A DNA stretch of 64,000 nt from contig PCXQ01000004.1 in the NCBI GenBank assembly GCA_002794035.1, positions 17,842 to 81,841 of the forward strand. The letters run 5' to 3'. Each line of letters starts with the position of its first letter. Within the stretch, counting starts at the first letter, position 1. Positions 39,705 to 49,071 of the stretch are shown piece by piece. Made by a program: the position numbers and the translations under genes. Source of the DNA: Candidatus Yanofskybacteria bacterium CG10_big_fil_rev_8_21_14_0_10_36_16. GTDB lineage: Bacteria > Patescibacteriota > Minisyncoccia > 2-02-FULL-40-12 > IGHO2-01-FULL-4-A. The notes under the pieces were generated by a model, which worked only from the letters and a program-made list of their open reading frames with translations, was not told the origin of the DNA and made no database searches.

Positions 39705-40457
39705 TTAAAGAAATCCATTTACAAAATTTTGAAATCCATCAAACTGGAAGAAGAATCCTTGTAATTGTGCAAATACGTTTGAAAATTGGTCAGTAATCAA
39801 AAGGAATCCTAAGAAAATTAAGAATACGCCAGCAATAATATTTATTATTCTCATTATTCTATCCATTTTACTGAAGGTAGTGAATGATTTACCTATTAAA
39901 AGAGCGGTCAGAAGGAAAGGGATAGCAAGACCCGCTGAAAATAAGGCTAGCAAATAAATCCCCTGAAAAACTTGCCCTTGCGTTGAAGCAATCAAAAGCA
40001 CCGAACCAAGAATGGGACCTACGCAGGGTGACCAACCGAGGGCAAAAAGTGAACCAAGAAAAAAAGAATTGCCTTTTGTGGGCTTTTGGAAAAATACCGG
40101 TATATAAATCTTTTTTTCTGCATTTAAAAAGTTAACTTTAAGAACTCCCATTATAAACAATCCGAAAAGCACAATAAGAATACCACCTATGCGTTGAAGC
40201 CATATCTTAACTCCTATGATTTGTCCCAAAAAAGAAAAAGCTACACCGAAAAGAATAAATACAATAGAAAATCCAAGGACATAAAAAAACGCATTGCTAA
40301 ATATTTTCCACCTAACAAGTTTTAATTTTGCAGGATCACTCAACTCCTCTTGTGGAACTCCTGAAATCAAACCCAAAAACGCCGGCACTAAAGGCAATGT
40401 GCATGGAGCAAAAAAAGTAAAGAAACCTGCAACAAAAGATGAAAAGGCTAATCCCAT
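39705..40457 (-). CDS. ccdA: CcdA thiol-disulfide transporter
   Basis: AG..TFFAPCTLPLVP, ALGWSPCVGPILG. Confidence 0.9.
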   Translation of the reverse strand: MGLAFSSFVAGFFTFFAPCTLPLVPAFLGLISGVPQEELSDPAKLKLVRWKIFSNAFFYVLGFSIVFILFGVAFSFLGQIIGVKIWLQRIGGILIVLFGLFIMGVLKVNFLNAEKKIYIPVFFQKPTKGNSFFLGSLFALGWSPCVGPILGSVLLIASTQGQVFQGIYLLALFSAGLAIPFLLTALLIGKSFTTFSKMDRIMRIINIIAGVFLIFLGFLLITDQFSNVFAQLQGFFFQFDGFQNFVNGFL

Positions 40458-40526
40458 AAAACAATATTGTGCCGGTAATTATTAATTATTAATTAAGAAA
40501 TAAACGATAATTACACGGCCCCTAAT

Positions 40527-41108
40527 TTAATTGATAATTTCCCCAATTCTCTCCACTAACTCTTCTTCTGCTAGTGGTCCCAGTTTTAAGCTTTTAATAA
40601 TTCCGTCTTTATCTATAAAAATAGAATAAGGCATTGAGAAACCGTTATATCTTTTGTAAATGTCATCTCCATCATCCCAAGCTACAATATATTTGTTCGT
40701 AACACCAAGATCATCCGTATATTGTTTGGCGGTTTTAAGACCTTCGTTTCTGTTTATGGCAATTGTTACATAAGCATCGCCGAATTGTTCCTGAATCCTG
40801 CCCATTAAGAGCATTTCGTCCAGACAAAATGGACACCATGAAGCCCAAAAATTAACAAACACTGGTTTACTACCTTTAAAATCAGACAGCTTAACTGTAT
40901 TACCTTGATAGTCCACAACTTCAAAATCAGGCGCCAAATCCCCAACACGAGTGCCGACTTTTAAATTATTGCCGGCATCTTGTTCGCTTTGCGAATTTGC
41001 TTGGTTATTATCCGAATTTAATTCAACTTTATTACCCCTATCCATAGTTAAAAAATAACCCAGAATAATAACAGCTAAAATAATAATTGAGGATAATATT
41101 TTTTTCAT
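40527..41108 (-). CDS. TlpA/ResA family disulfide reductase
   Basis: TM anchor, APDF, VNFWASWCPFC..E, P.S.FIDKDG. Confidence 0.9.
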   Translation of the reverse strand: MKKILSSIIILAVIILGYFLTMDRGNKVELNSDNNQANSQSEQDAGNNLKVGTRVGDLAPDFEVVDYQGNTVKLSDFKGSKPVFVNFWASWCPFCLDEMLLMGRIQEQFGDAYVTIAINRNEGLKTAKQYTDDLGVTNKYIVAWDDGDDIYKRYNGFSMPYSIFIDKDGIIKSLKLGPLAEEELVERIGEIIN

Positions 41109-41114
41109 AATATT

Positions 41115-42194
41115 TTACTGAAATAATTCTGTTTTAGGGTGGGCTACTAGCCAGCTAAACCAAAACCCTCCTATGAAAGGCAGTTCATCGCTATTTGCAA
41201 TTATGCTGATTTCGTCTTTGCCACTTTTTGTAATAATAATTTCCTTATTAGCAAAAGAATCGTTAGTTGTTCCTACCTTTAATGATTCAACATTGTAAGC
41301 CTTAAACTGCCCATTTATTTCTATGCCAACAACATATGCTTTTGGGTGTAGTTGATCATCGTTAAAATCAGCACCGAAACCCACCTGGCTACTTGTATAA
41401 TAATCTCCGTAAGGATCACGTCCATATGTTCTAAAATGTCCCGTATCTCTAGATAGAACCCTAGTATCTGGGTGTAACTTTTTCCAATCACCATATTTTA
41501 CGGTGTCAGAACGGATTATTTTAAGTTTTATTCCAGTATGAGGGCCAACAATTGCCTCTCCCAACACCTGCGACCAAAGAGACTCATTGTCTTCGCCTTC
41601 TGACCTGTTGTACATGACTAAATTTGACTTCCAAAGGCGTCCTGATGTGCCAAAGTCAAAGTGTTTGCCGCCAACCACAGGATCAAAAACTATACCGGTA
41701 AAACAAAGCGGGCAATAAGTAACTAACGCAGGTTTACCACCCACGGTGTCATTAACTATTTCGTGCCATACTAAAATTTGGTAAGGATAAAAACGGCAAT
41801 CATCGCCATTGCATAATCCTTGCCCTACATCTTCATCAGTCAAATAATCAACTTCATTCGGTGATATGAATTTAGGATTATCAATTGAAGGTATGCCATC
41901 TTTGGAAGGACCTCCGGATAATATCTCGTCTAAAGGCACAGAGTGCTTAACTCCATCTGTGACAAATATTTGTCTTGAGGTTTGAAAATCTGAACCATTC
42001 CTAAGAGTATTTTGCGCATCAGAACCCCCTCCTGCGTTTTTGTTGTTTTGTTCTATAAACTCTTCAAGTGGAACAGAATCACCTTTTGGCAGCTTTCTTT
42101 GACCAAAATAAAATCTATCCAAGGCAAGCCAACCGACCCCAAGTGTAAGAATTGCTAATACTAAAATTTTTATTTTAAAACTATTATTCATCAC
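41115..42194 (-). CDS. DUF3179 domain protein
   Basis: GGP.KDGIP.ID.P.F, WHEIVND, TYCPLC, SG.L..SNL.MY, FWF.W. Confidence 0.85.
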   Translation of the reverse strand: MMNNSFKIKILVLAILTLGVGWLALDRFYFGQRKLPKGDSVPLEEFIEQNNKNAGGGSDAQNTLRNGSDFQTSRQIFVTDGVKHSVPLDEILSGGPSKDGIPSIDNPKFISPNEVDYLTDEDVGQGLCNGDDCRFYPYQILVWHEIVNDTVGGKPALVTYCPLCFTGIVFDPVVGGKHFDFGTSGRLWKSNLVMYNRSEGEDNESLWSQVLGEAIVGPHTGIKLKIIRSDTVKYGDWKKLHPDTRVLSRDTGHFRTYGRDPYGDYYTSSQVGFGADFNDDQLHPKAYVVGIEINGQFKAYNVESLKVGTTNDSFANKEIIITKSGKDEISIIANSDELPFIGGFWFSWLVAHPKTELFQ

Positions 42195-42197
42195 TTA

Positions 42198-42461
42198 TTA
42201 TTCATTATTGATTCCAGCCCATTCAACTAGCGCTTCATAGGGCGCAGCTCCGCAAATTGCCTGTTTGGTTTCTGTATTAAAGAAAAAAGGTACACCAGCA
42301 CAAACACCATCAGCATATTCGGCCATTTTTTTGGCATTTTCCTCATTATGCCAAACCTCATATTTCTCAACTTTTATACCATGTTCTTTTTCAAGACGCT
42401 CAACAAAAGGAACCATTTTGTGGCACCACCCGCATTCAAGGCCATAAAATTGTAAAAGCAT
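42198..42461 (-). CDS. glutaredoxin/thioredoxin-like protein
   Basis: FYG.ECGWC..M.P, EVWH, GVPFF. Confidence 0.85.
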   Translation of the reverse strand: MLLQFYGLECGWCHKMVPFVERLEKEHGIKVEKYEVWHNEENAKKMAEYADGVCAGVPFFFNTETKQAICGAAPYEALVEWAGINNE

Positions 42462-42556
42462 ATAAATTTATTCAAGAACAAAACGACTGGACAACAAGTA
42501 TATTTTTCAGTTGCCAGTATCCAACTCATTTCACTCGTATGCTCTTGAATAACCGA

Positions 42557-42868
42557 TTAAATTATTTTCAATATCCTTAATATTTTTTTCGCAATTGGAT
42601 TTTTCTTGTTAATACAGTAGCAAATCGTTCTGCCATACCTGCATTTTTCCACAATACACCTCGCTTCAAGCATTGACAGCTGATGAGATACTGCTGATAA
42701 AGTAACGTCTGTTTCTGATTGTATTTCCGACACGCACATTTCCTTTGTTTTTGACAAGGTTTGAATAATTTTTAACCGTGTTGGATCTGAAAGTAAATAA
42801 AAAACCTCAGGTGCTTGAAGCACCTTTGGATTATATGTTTCTATCCCCTGCTTTCTTGTTGTTTGCAT
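42557..42868 (-). CDS. ArsR/SmtB family transcriptional regulator
   Basis: F..LSDPTRLKI...L....MCV.EI.....T.SAVSHQL..L. Confidence 0.9.
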   Translation of the reverse strand: MQTTRKQGIETYNPKVLQAPEVFYLLSDPTRLKIIQTLSKTKEMCVSEIQSETDVTLSAVSHQLSMLEARCIVEKCRYGRTICYCINKKNPIAKKILRILKII

Positions 42869-42883
42869 TAAAATAAAAATAAC

Positions 42884-42909
42884 AACACTTGAACATTTGT
42901 TCAAGTGTT
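42884..42909. promoter_or_regulatory. ArsR/SmtB-type 12-2-12 operator
   Basis: AACACTTGAACA-tt-TGTTCAAGTGTT, a perfect inverted repeat just upstream of the regulator. Confidence 0.85.
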
Positions 42910-42949
42910 CACTTATCCACAAACTGCGTCAGTGGCTTAAATTTAATAA

Positions 42950-43927
42950 TTAATCTTTTATCATTTTCTTAAAATCTTCTACCATCGGCACTTCTGATGC
43001 GCTTAACCCATAACTTTCGGCGGTGTAGTATGCATGCCAACCAGCCAAAACTACGGTAGAAAATATTTTATAAAATATACCCTTGTTACTTTCTAGTTTT
43101 ATAACTTCAACAGGCATATTTCGATCTTCAAAAAGTTTTTTAGCCACTTCCATCCTTTTTTGAATTCTTGGGTGATCACTTGAGTCGCTTAAAAATATAA
43201 AATTGAATCTATCTTTCATTTCGTCTATAGAATCAAATCCTGTCATTTCATTATGGTTAAGCTCTGGAAAAACATTCCAAAAAGATGGGATCTTTCCGCT
43301 TTCATTAAGATTTATTTTCCAAACCCTAGACAAAGGCTTGTTTTTTGTAGAGGAATAAATCACGGGCACTCTGCCTTTTGTTTTTTCTGATAATTCCTTG
43401 CCCGTTTTCTCATAATCTTCAACTTGTAACTCATCTTTTAATTTACCTGATTCCAAAAGTGCATCTTCATCGCCCATAACTTTTAACATAGCTCTTAAAC
43501 TAAATCCCAAAGCAACTCTTGGCTCAATGCCCGTGTTCGGCAATTCTATATAAGGCGTTTTGTCGTTTTTAGCTAATTCCAAAAGTTTACCGCCCCCCGT
43601 CACAGCAATTAATGACATGCCGGACTCCTTGGCTTTTGTATAAGCATCTATCAACTCTTCGGTGCCTCCTGAATATGAACTTGCTATTAATGTATGCTCT
43701 GAAAGCGAGTCAAAAGAAGGTAGAGACGGCAACCCATAATTTCTATGGACATGCAAATCTAAGTCGGGTTTGTACATTTTCAAAAAATCAGTTCCTAAAT
43801 TTGAACCACCCATTCCAGCAATAATAAATCTATCTTTTTTTTGAAAATTTTCTTCATTCTCAATTTTAGGTTCATATTCAAATTGAAAAGAAAATTCTTT
43901 GATTGAAGAAAGCATATCTTTGGACAT
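42950..43927 (-). CDS. bifunctional phosphoglucose/phosphomannose isomerase (SIS fold)
   Basis: GMGGS, SSYSG.TEE, GGKL, WK..LNE..K, PELNHNE. Confidence 0.9.
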   Translation of the reverse strand: MSKDMLSSIKEFSFQFEYEPKIENEENFQKKDRFIIAGMGGSNLGTDFLKMYKPDLDLHVHRNYGLPSLPSFDSLSEHTLIASSYSGGTEELIDAYTKAKESGMSLIAVTGGGKLLELAKNDKTPYIELPNTGIEPRVALGFSLRAMLKVMGDEDALLESGKLKDELQVEDYEKTGKELSEKTKGRVPVIYSSTKNKPLSRVWKINLNESGKIPSFWNVFPELNHNEMTGFDSIDEMKDRFNFIFLSDSSDHPRIQKRMEVAKKLFEDRNMPVEVIKLESNKGIFYKIFSTVVLAGWHAYYTAESYGLSASEVPMVEDFKKMIKD

Positions 43928-44092
43928 AATAAAAATAACTGCTAGTTTTTGACCTCCTAATCTATTTGGTTAAAAAGCCAATAATCTGGCAGGTTGCTTT
44001 GTTAATATTTTAACTCTTTTTAAAATAAAAAACATCCACTATTTTTTATTAAAATTAAAAGCCCCGCTAAGGCGGGGCCAATATCCTCACAA

Positions 44093-46096
44093 TTATTTAC
44101 CGAGCATTTTGCTAATAGCTGTTAATGCTCCTGAAAAATCTAGTGAACCAGATGCAATTAGTTTTTGAACAGATGCTGCAATCTGTCCTTCGCCCTCTCT
44201 GGTCACTTCATTTAAGGCTCTGCCTCTTTCTTTTATTCTAGCGGCATCAGCAAGGCCTCTTTGCTTCATTACTTCAATTCTTTTCCCCTCTGTTAGAGCT
44301 TCCTGCTCAAGAACAGGAATTTCCCGCTTGGCACTAACCTCCCTTGTAAAAAGGGCTAGGTACTCTTGGGCATTGGGATCTTTCTTGAAATCAATTTCGG
44401 AAATTTCCAAATAAATAATAGAAGCAAATCTTCCCTCAACTGCTTTATCAAGCGCTTTTTTAATGTGCTTTTTAAATGCGCTGATATTATTCATTATCCT
44501 ATCAATATTTGTTTTAAGCGCGATATCCACGAGGGTACTATTTAATCTGGGATGTATTGTATCCCTAATGAGCTCTTCTTCACTGTCTGAAATTGCAATC
44601 ATCTTGGCAGCATTTTTGCCTTCAATAATGATTCCGATTTCAACAGAAATTTCTAAATAAAACCTATCTTTTGTTGTGATCCTTACTGGATCAAAATTGT
44701 AAATAGGCTGCCTTTCTTTAGTCCACTTTAAATTAATTGGGGTAGTATCAACTATTTGAACTTGATTAGCAACGGGGTGTATAAAATGGAATCCAACCGA
44801 TAAAACCTTTTCTGTGATTCCTCGCTTATACTCAGGTTTTCCTGTTTGGGAGTCTGTTTTTTTCTTAATTACGGGTACTCGCATTTCTTTACCGTCAATC
44901 TGTACCCATTCTTCAATATAGTCACTGCCATCTGCGGCAGGAGACTCTCCAATGTTTGAGATTACAACACCTACTTGGCCTTCTTTAATATATGTGGCCC
45001 AAGTTTTTTCTAACTCAATGGCATAGGGGTGCAAATAGTAGCCTCCAGGTTCCACAAGCTGTGGCTGGATACCCATTTCTCCACCCATCTTTTGCCAAGT
45101 TACTAGATCTTGAAAGTTGTCATGAGTTTTATAGTCGCCAACAGGTTCCGGCTTTAAAGCGATAACTCTATCTTCTTCATCTGGGATTTCACTTCCTATT
45201 TTAACTGTTACGATACCAATCTGAGACCAATCAACCTCTTCTTCATGATGATGTCCTAGCTTTGGTCTTTTAACTATTCCGATTTCAGTTTTTTCAAATA
45301 GTTCAATTTTGAAAAGTTTTTCATTAATTAATTTACGGCCATGCGACAATGTTTCAATTTGGGGGCCTGTTTCTCCACCGCCCTCCAGAAATGCTTCAGC
45401 GTTCGTAAAGTGATTACACTCTACATGAATACGCGTCATAACCCCACGCCTAAGGTGTATTCCGTCTTTCGCAATAACGACACCTCTTTTATCTTCAGGG
45501 ATTTCCGGCATATCGCGGAATTCAACCTTGCCAAAGACATTGATAAGGAATGGGAAATTCCATCCGGGCCTTAAAATCTGCGCCTGAGTTCCCTGGCGCC
45601 GGAATTTAATCCTCAGCCACCTCGGCCACGGCTTCCACCTACAACAATAATGATATTTTGTTTTCCAAACCTCCTGTTTCATGTCTTCATTGTAAAACCA
45701 GGGAAATCCAATTGAAAAATCTATGCGAAGTTTTTTGAGTGGTTCGCTATAGTTATATAGATCTCTTTTTATTGTAGGAATGACTTTAAAATTCGGCCAC
45801 TCAATACGCGTAGCAATGTTTCTGCCTTCAGGCAGTTTTGGAGAAAGCGGAAAATGCCACTCCATAATGCCGTATTTATCGGCGGGAACCTTAACAGCGC
45901 TTGAAATCACAAGGTATGTTAACCCAAGCAATAAACCGCCCCCAAAAACAACCCATTTGGATATCATTTCCCAGAATTCTTCCTGAGACATTCCTGAAGC
46001 ATCAAGGCTTTTGCCCCAAGGCCATACGACATAATAAATAAACAGTCCCAAGACTAACAATATCAGTATTTGCAACAATTCATTTTTATTTTGCAT
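44093..46096 (-). CDS. SPFH/band 7 family membrane protein
   Basis: Two TM, repeated G.Q...L.PG segments, GQVGVVISNIG, T.D.F.L.I.V SPFH core. Confidence 0.7.
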   Translation of the reverse strand: MQNKNELLQILILLVLGLFIYYVVWPWGKSLDASGMSQEEFWEMISKWVVFGGGLLLGLTYLVISSAVKVPADKYGIMEWHFPLSPKLPEGRNIATRIEWPNFKVIPTIKRDLYNYSEPLKKLRIDFSIGFPWFYNEDMKQEVWKTKYHYCCRWKPWPRWLRIKFRRQGTQAQILRPGWNFPFLINVFGKVEFRDMPEIPEDKRGVVIAKDGIHLRRGVMTRIHVECNHFTNAEAFLEGGGETGPQIETLSHGRKLINEKLFKIELFEKTEIGIVKRPKLGHHHEEEVDWSQIGIVTVKIGSEIPDEEDRVIALKPEPVGDYKTHDNFQDLVTWQKMGGEMGIQPQLVEPGGYYLHPYAIELEKTWATYIKEGQVGVVISNIGESPAADGSDYIEEWVQIDGKEMRVPVIKKKTDSQTGKPEYKRGITEKVLSVGFHFIHPVANQVQIVDTTPINLKWTKERQPIYNFDPVRITTKDRFYLEISVEIGIIIEGKNAAKMIAISDSEEELIRDTIHPRLNSTLVDIALKTNIDRIMNNISAFKKHIKKALDKAVEGRFASIIYLEISEIDFKKDPNAQEYLALFTREVSAKREIPVLEQEALTEGKRIEVMKQRGLADAARIKERGRALNEVTREGEGQIAASVQKLIASGSLDFSGALTAISKMLGK

Positions 46097-46144
46097 TTCT
46101 AACCTCCTATTGGCATATTTTAAAGAACAAAATGCGCTGACTAT

Positions 46145-46173
46145 ATTATACATAAAAATAAGTCCTCAGTCAA
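46145..46173 (-). promoter_or_regulatory. sigma70 promoter of the SPFH gene
   Basis: TTGACT-17-TATAAT, then TGTTCTTTAAAA and AGGAGG. Confidence 0.8.
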
Positions 46174-46229
46174 TAACAAAACAACCCCACTGTGGTGGGC
46201 TGTTTGTGCGAAGTTTTGTATTGTTTTAT

Positions 46230-46643
46230 TTATTTTTCAGGATTCCCTTCTTTGTTTTCAAAATCCAGTGCACAAGAGTTTATGCAATATCTTTTGCCTG
46301 TGAGGTTGGGGCCATCGTCAAAAACATGGCCTAAATGACCTCTGCATTTTTTACATTTTACCTCGATCCTTTTCATTCCTAAACTATTATCCTCCACTAA
46401 TTCAACCTTGCCGTTGTCTATCGCCTCGTAAAAACTTGGCCATCCTGATCCGGAATCAAATTTTGTATCAGACGAGAAAAGATCCTCTCCACAGGCAGCA
46501 CATTTATACATCCCTTTTTCTTTATTTATATTATATTTTCCTGAAAAAGGAGTTTCGGTACCGCTCTCCCTCATAATCTTGTACTGCTCAGGAGTAAGCT
46601 TATCTCTCCAATATTCATCTGATTTTATATTTTCATTAGTCAT
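46230..46643 (-). CDS. msrB: peptide-methionine (R)-S-oxide reductase
   Basis: GTE.PF, KFDSG.GWPSF, HLGHVF.DGP, RYCINS. Confidence 0.96.
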   Translation of the reverse strand: MTNENIKSDEYWRDKLTPEQYKIMRESGTETPFSGKYNINKEKGMYKCAACGEDLFSSDTKFDSGSGWPSFYEAIDNGKVELVEDNSLGMKRIEVKCKKCRGHLGHVFDDGPNLTGKRYCINSCALDFENKEGNPEK

Positions 46644-46669
46644 GTACTTATTATAGATGATTATTAAAT

Positions 46670-47797
46670 TTATTTAAAATACTTCTTGTTTTTTAATTTT
46701 TCGGGCAAATAACTTTCCTTGTCGTATTTAGAATAATCCTTCCCATAATTTAATTCTTTCATAAGATTTGTGGGGGCATTTCTTATTTTTAACGGCACTG
46801 GTAAGTTGCCATGTTTTTTAACATCTGCTGTAGCTAGTTTATATGCATCATAAGAACTCCTGTCTTTTTTGCATTGGCAAAGATACGCCACGCCATGAGC
46901 TAAATTTATTCCGCATTCAGGCAGGCCTATTGTCTCAACTGCTCTAAACACCTCATTTGCAACAACAAGGGCTGTGGGCTGAGCCAATCCAATATCTTCA
47001 CTGGCAAAAATAACCATCCTGCGCGCTATGAACTTAGGATCTTCACCCGAATCAATCATTCGCGCTAAATAATACATAGCCGCATTAACCTGACTTGCTC
47101 TCATGCTTTTTATAAAAGCACTTATGGTATTATAATGTTCTTCTCCTTTTTTATCATATCTCAAATATTTTGATTGAAGGGTTTTTTTAAAATTGTCTAC
47201 CGTTAATTTGCCGTAAAATTTAGAAGTGTTTTCAATCATTGTTATTCCCTGCCTCGCATCACCATTAGCCATTGCCACCAACCAACTAGTTGCTTCTTTA
47301 TCCATTTTGGTACCGGCTCTATTTATAATTTTAATCATCTCATCATCAGAAAATTCATTTAAAACAAAAACTCTGCATCTAGAAAGCAACGCTGGGATAA
47401 CTTCAAAACTAGGATTTTCTGTTGTTGCTCCTATTAATGTTAATTGCCCTGTTTCAACAAACGGCAAAAGGTAGTCTTGCTGGGCTTTGTTAAATCTGTG
47501 TATTTCATCCAAAAACAAAATTTTAGGCTTGTCTCCTGTATCAAAATTAACAACCTTTTTAACATCTTCTTTACCGGCAGATACCGCAGATAGCTCAAAC
47601 AAACGAGCAACTAAAGATGAGGCATAAATGCGAGCAAGCGTTGTTTTGCCTACTCCCGGCGGACCCCACATAATAAAAGAAAAAAGCAGCCCTTTTTCAA
47701 TGGCTACTTTGATTGGCTTTCCTTTGCCTACCAAATGGTCTTGGCCAATAAATTCATCCAGAGATTTTGGTCTAATTTTAGATGCCAAAGGTTCCAT
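46670..47797 (-). CDS. rarA: replication-associated recombination protein A
   Basis: PLA..RP, WGPPGVGKTT, DEIHRFNKAQQD, ISAFIKS.R.S, ASEDIG. Confidence 0.95.
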   Translation of the reverse strand: MEPLASKIRPKSLDEFIGQDHLVGKGKPIKVAIEKGLLFSFIMWGPPGVGKTTLARIYASSLVARLFELSAVSAGKEDVKKVVNFDTGDKPKILFLDEIHRFNKAQQDYLLPFVETGQLTLIGATTENPSFEVIPALLSRCRVFVLNEFSDDEMIKIINRAGTKMDKEATSWLVAMANGDARQGITMIENTSKFYGKLTVDNFKKTLQSKYLRYDKKGEEHYNTISAFIKSMRASQVNAAMYYLARMIDSGEDPKFIARRMVIFASEDIGLAQPTALVVANEVFRAVETIGLPECGINLAHGVAYLCQCKKDRSSYDAYKLATADVKKHGNLPVPLKIRNAPTNLMKELNYGKDYSKYDKESYLPEKLKNKKYFK

Positions 47798-47886
47798 ATA
47801 AAGAGTTTAGGATACTGTCTATTAAAAATCAAACCTCCGGAAGATTAGAAATCGCCCGGAGGTAAACTAGCAGTACAAAAAATTGT

Positions 47887-48138
47887 TTATTCGGCTTTTC
47901 TTTCTATCACAAGAATATAATCTGTGGCTAGCGCAGCCAATGCCCCAACAGCAGCTAAAACAGGGGCCAACACAACACCCACTACAGCCAAGGTAAGAGG
48001 GATTTCAAGAAGAGATTCACCGCTTTCTTTTTTTATTATAATCTTTCTTACATTACCTTCATGAACTAACTCCTTGACCTTTTTAACAATTGATTCGCTG
48101 GCAACTTTTATTTCTTCCTTTATTATTTTTTCTTCCAT
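47887..48138 (-). CDS. DUF4342 domain protein
   Basis: KVKEL.HEGNVR.I.IK....LLEIPLT. Confidence 0.8.
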   Translation of the reverse strand: MEEKIIKEEIKVASESIVKKVKELVHEGNVRKIIIKKESGESLLEIPLTLAVVGVVLAPVLAAVGALAALATDYILVIERKAE

Positions 48139-48322
48139 TTTTTGATATCCCTGTGTCTAACATGATCGTCATGTATAATGAGTGCGAAACACAATCAGAC
48201 ACAAGATAAAATTTATTATTTAAATTAAGACCTCTATTTATATTTTTACATAACCATTATATTTAAGCAACCTGTAAAAACAATGAAAAAAGACCGTCAA
48301 TTATGACAGCCCTAAAAATCAT

Positions 48323-48949
48323 TTAGTCCATGCTTAATATCATATTCTGATTACGTCTTAATGATTCCAAAAAACTATTCATTTTTACTGCAAACTCATA
48401 TGCCAAATCTGTTCCTAGAATTAAATCTATTACCCAAACAAAACCATAACTCATTGCGGCTACTACCGAAGTGTCTACAGCCAAATTTCCCAAAGAACTT
48501 GTTTGGCACTTTTTAATATTGCCACGCATTGTGTTAATTGATATTAAAACTTCGGATTTAATATCATCAATTCTTTCTTTTGGGAAATCTTCTTTAAAGC
48601 TAGGACTAGCATTTAAGGAATCATAATTATCATAGATGTAATTAATTCCTTCTTCCCAATAATCACAAAGGAGAGATAAATCACTTATGATTTTTCTTAA
48701 AATTTCTTCTGGTAAATCACATGCGTTTAACATTAAAATGGTTTCAAGAAATAGAATTGTTGCCTTAGCATCAATCATTTTATGCATCATTGCCTTATCT
48801 TTTGCAGATAAATTAAGGTTAGAATTTTTAATAATTCCTTCCAATAATTCTTTGCCAGCTTCTTTGTATGAAAGAATAAGCGCTTCATTTAATTCCCTTT
48901 CTCCATCAAAATTGTTAAAGAATATTTCATTCATTCTTGTTTCGGTCAT
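48323..48949 (-). CDS. orphan helical hypothetical protein
   Basis: 208-aa ORF with TTGAAT-17-TATTGT upstream. Confidence 0.6.
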   Translation of the reverse strand: MTETRMNEIFFNNFDGERELNEALILSYKEAGKELLEGIIKNSNLNLSAKDKAMMHKMIDAKATILFLETILMLNACDLPEEILRKIISDLSLLCDYWEEGINYIYDNYDSLNASPSFKEDFPKERIDDIKSEVLISINTMRGNIKKCQTSSLGNLAVDTSVVAAMSYGFVWVIDLILGTDLAYEFAVKMNSFLESLRRNQNMILSMD

Positions 48950-49071
48950 GGCTTATCCCGCCTTATTATTATAAAGTTCCTGCTCTTACAATACAGATAG
49001 TTCTGTATAAATTCAAGTCATTGAAAATTATTGTTATAATAAATTTATGGAGTATAATTTTTAAATTAGGC

